From: a virus
Virus record (IMG/VR): IMGVR_UViG_3300010373_000001
Span: 32,001 to 96,000 of that record
Strand: one strand, 5' to 3'
Length of the DNA stretch: 64,000 bases
Shown here: one piece after another, positions 63,553 through 64,000 of the stretch
Numbering within the stretch: the first letter of the stretch is position 1
How the letters are laid out: each line of letters opens with the position of its first letter
Notes under the pieces: model-generated
Seen by the model: the letters and a program-made list of their open reading frames with translations, nothing else
What the model was told of the DNA's origin: nothing
Database searches by the model: none
Position numbers and translations under genes: made by a program

Positions 63553-64000
63553 TATAGGCGTAGGAGTACAGGCAGCACCAGTAGCAATTAGTACTCCCGT
63601 AACTCCTGGCAGTACACATAAGCTAAGTGTTCAGGTTTACAACACAGGAAGTGATAGTGAGAGCATCAGCCTTACTATCAGTAATCTGTCAAATCTGAAA
63701 ACTTACACATTGCGGCCGTCCTGGGTTTCGTTTGACCAGAACACTGTGAACCTTGATTCGGGCCAGACCGCTACGGTAGGAATCACACTGTCTGTGCCGT
63801 CAGGACTCCCTGATGGATACTATACAAGTGATGTCTGGGCTAGGTCGGTTGATCCTTCTAATGCGCAAGTTTCACTAGGCGCGGGATCTTCTACCTTGAT
63901 AGAATTCAAGGTAGGTGCGGGCACTGTCAACTTCAGTCAGTTCCTTCATCACAACCATCAGCATCTAACTAAGAAGCAACTGCGTAAAATCAGGCGGGAA
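63425..64000 (+). CDS. Secreted Ig-like-domain protein (runs off window)
   Basis: Manual translation MQALRNLWKR...LLAVAILAILSVLLPSAAWA; PG....V.VYNTG, L..GQ...V...L.VP.....G.Y. Confidence 0.55.
   Translation, partial: MQALRNLWKRLRKLSFRRNLLAVAILAILSVLLPSAAWAGQNSIGVGVQAAPVAISTPVTPGSTHKLSVQVYNTGSDSESISLTISNLSNLKTYTLRPSWVSFDQNTVNLDSGQTATVGITLSVPSGLPDGYYTSDVWARSVDPSNAQVSLGAGSSTLIEFKVGAGTVNFSQFLHHNHQHLTKKQLRKIRRE

Overview
This window is part of a large contractile-tailed (myovirus-type) phage genome. An actinobacterial host is probable, inferred from protein families and gene order that resemble large actinobacterial myoviruses. Bases 1-34 kb hold a minus-strand virion module: baseplate, tape measure, tube, sheath, neck, fibres, N4-gp56-type major capsid, scaffold, portal, terminase and small membrane genes. 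Bases 36.6-56.5 kb form an RNA-rich accessory region with 33 canonical tRNAs covering all 20 amino acids (none with encoded CCA), interleaved with structured non-coding segments and microproteins. Transcription switches to the plus strand at a divergent promoter pair near 61.45 kb. The standout is one apparent operon: promoter at 44836-44864, Ro60/TROVE gene at 41346-42974, then a terminator. It carries nine copies of a covarying Y-RNA-like scaffold. Five copies enclose a circularly permuted tRNA, each opened at a different point (variable loop, D/anticodon junction, anticodon loop, D loop, T loop), and four of these keep an intact anticodon hairpin. Also noted: two stand-alone permuted tRNA-like elements, two atypical CCA-ending tRNA-like RNAs, a ~420-nt pseudoknotted ncRNA candidate, seven tandem ~40-aa Cys/His microproteins below the ORF-track cutoff, and RNA-healing/ribosome-rescue enzymes. 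All annotation and folding was done by eye; no database searches were run.
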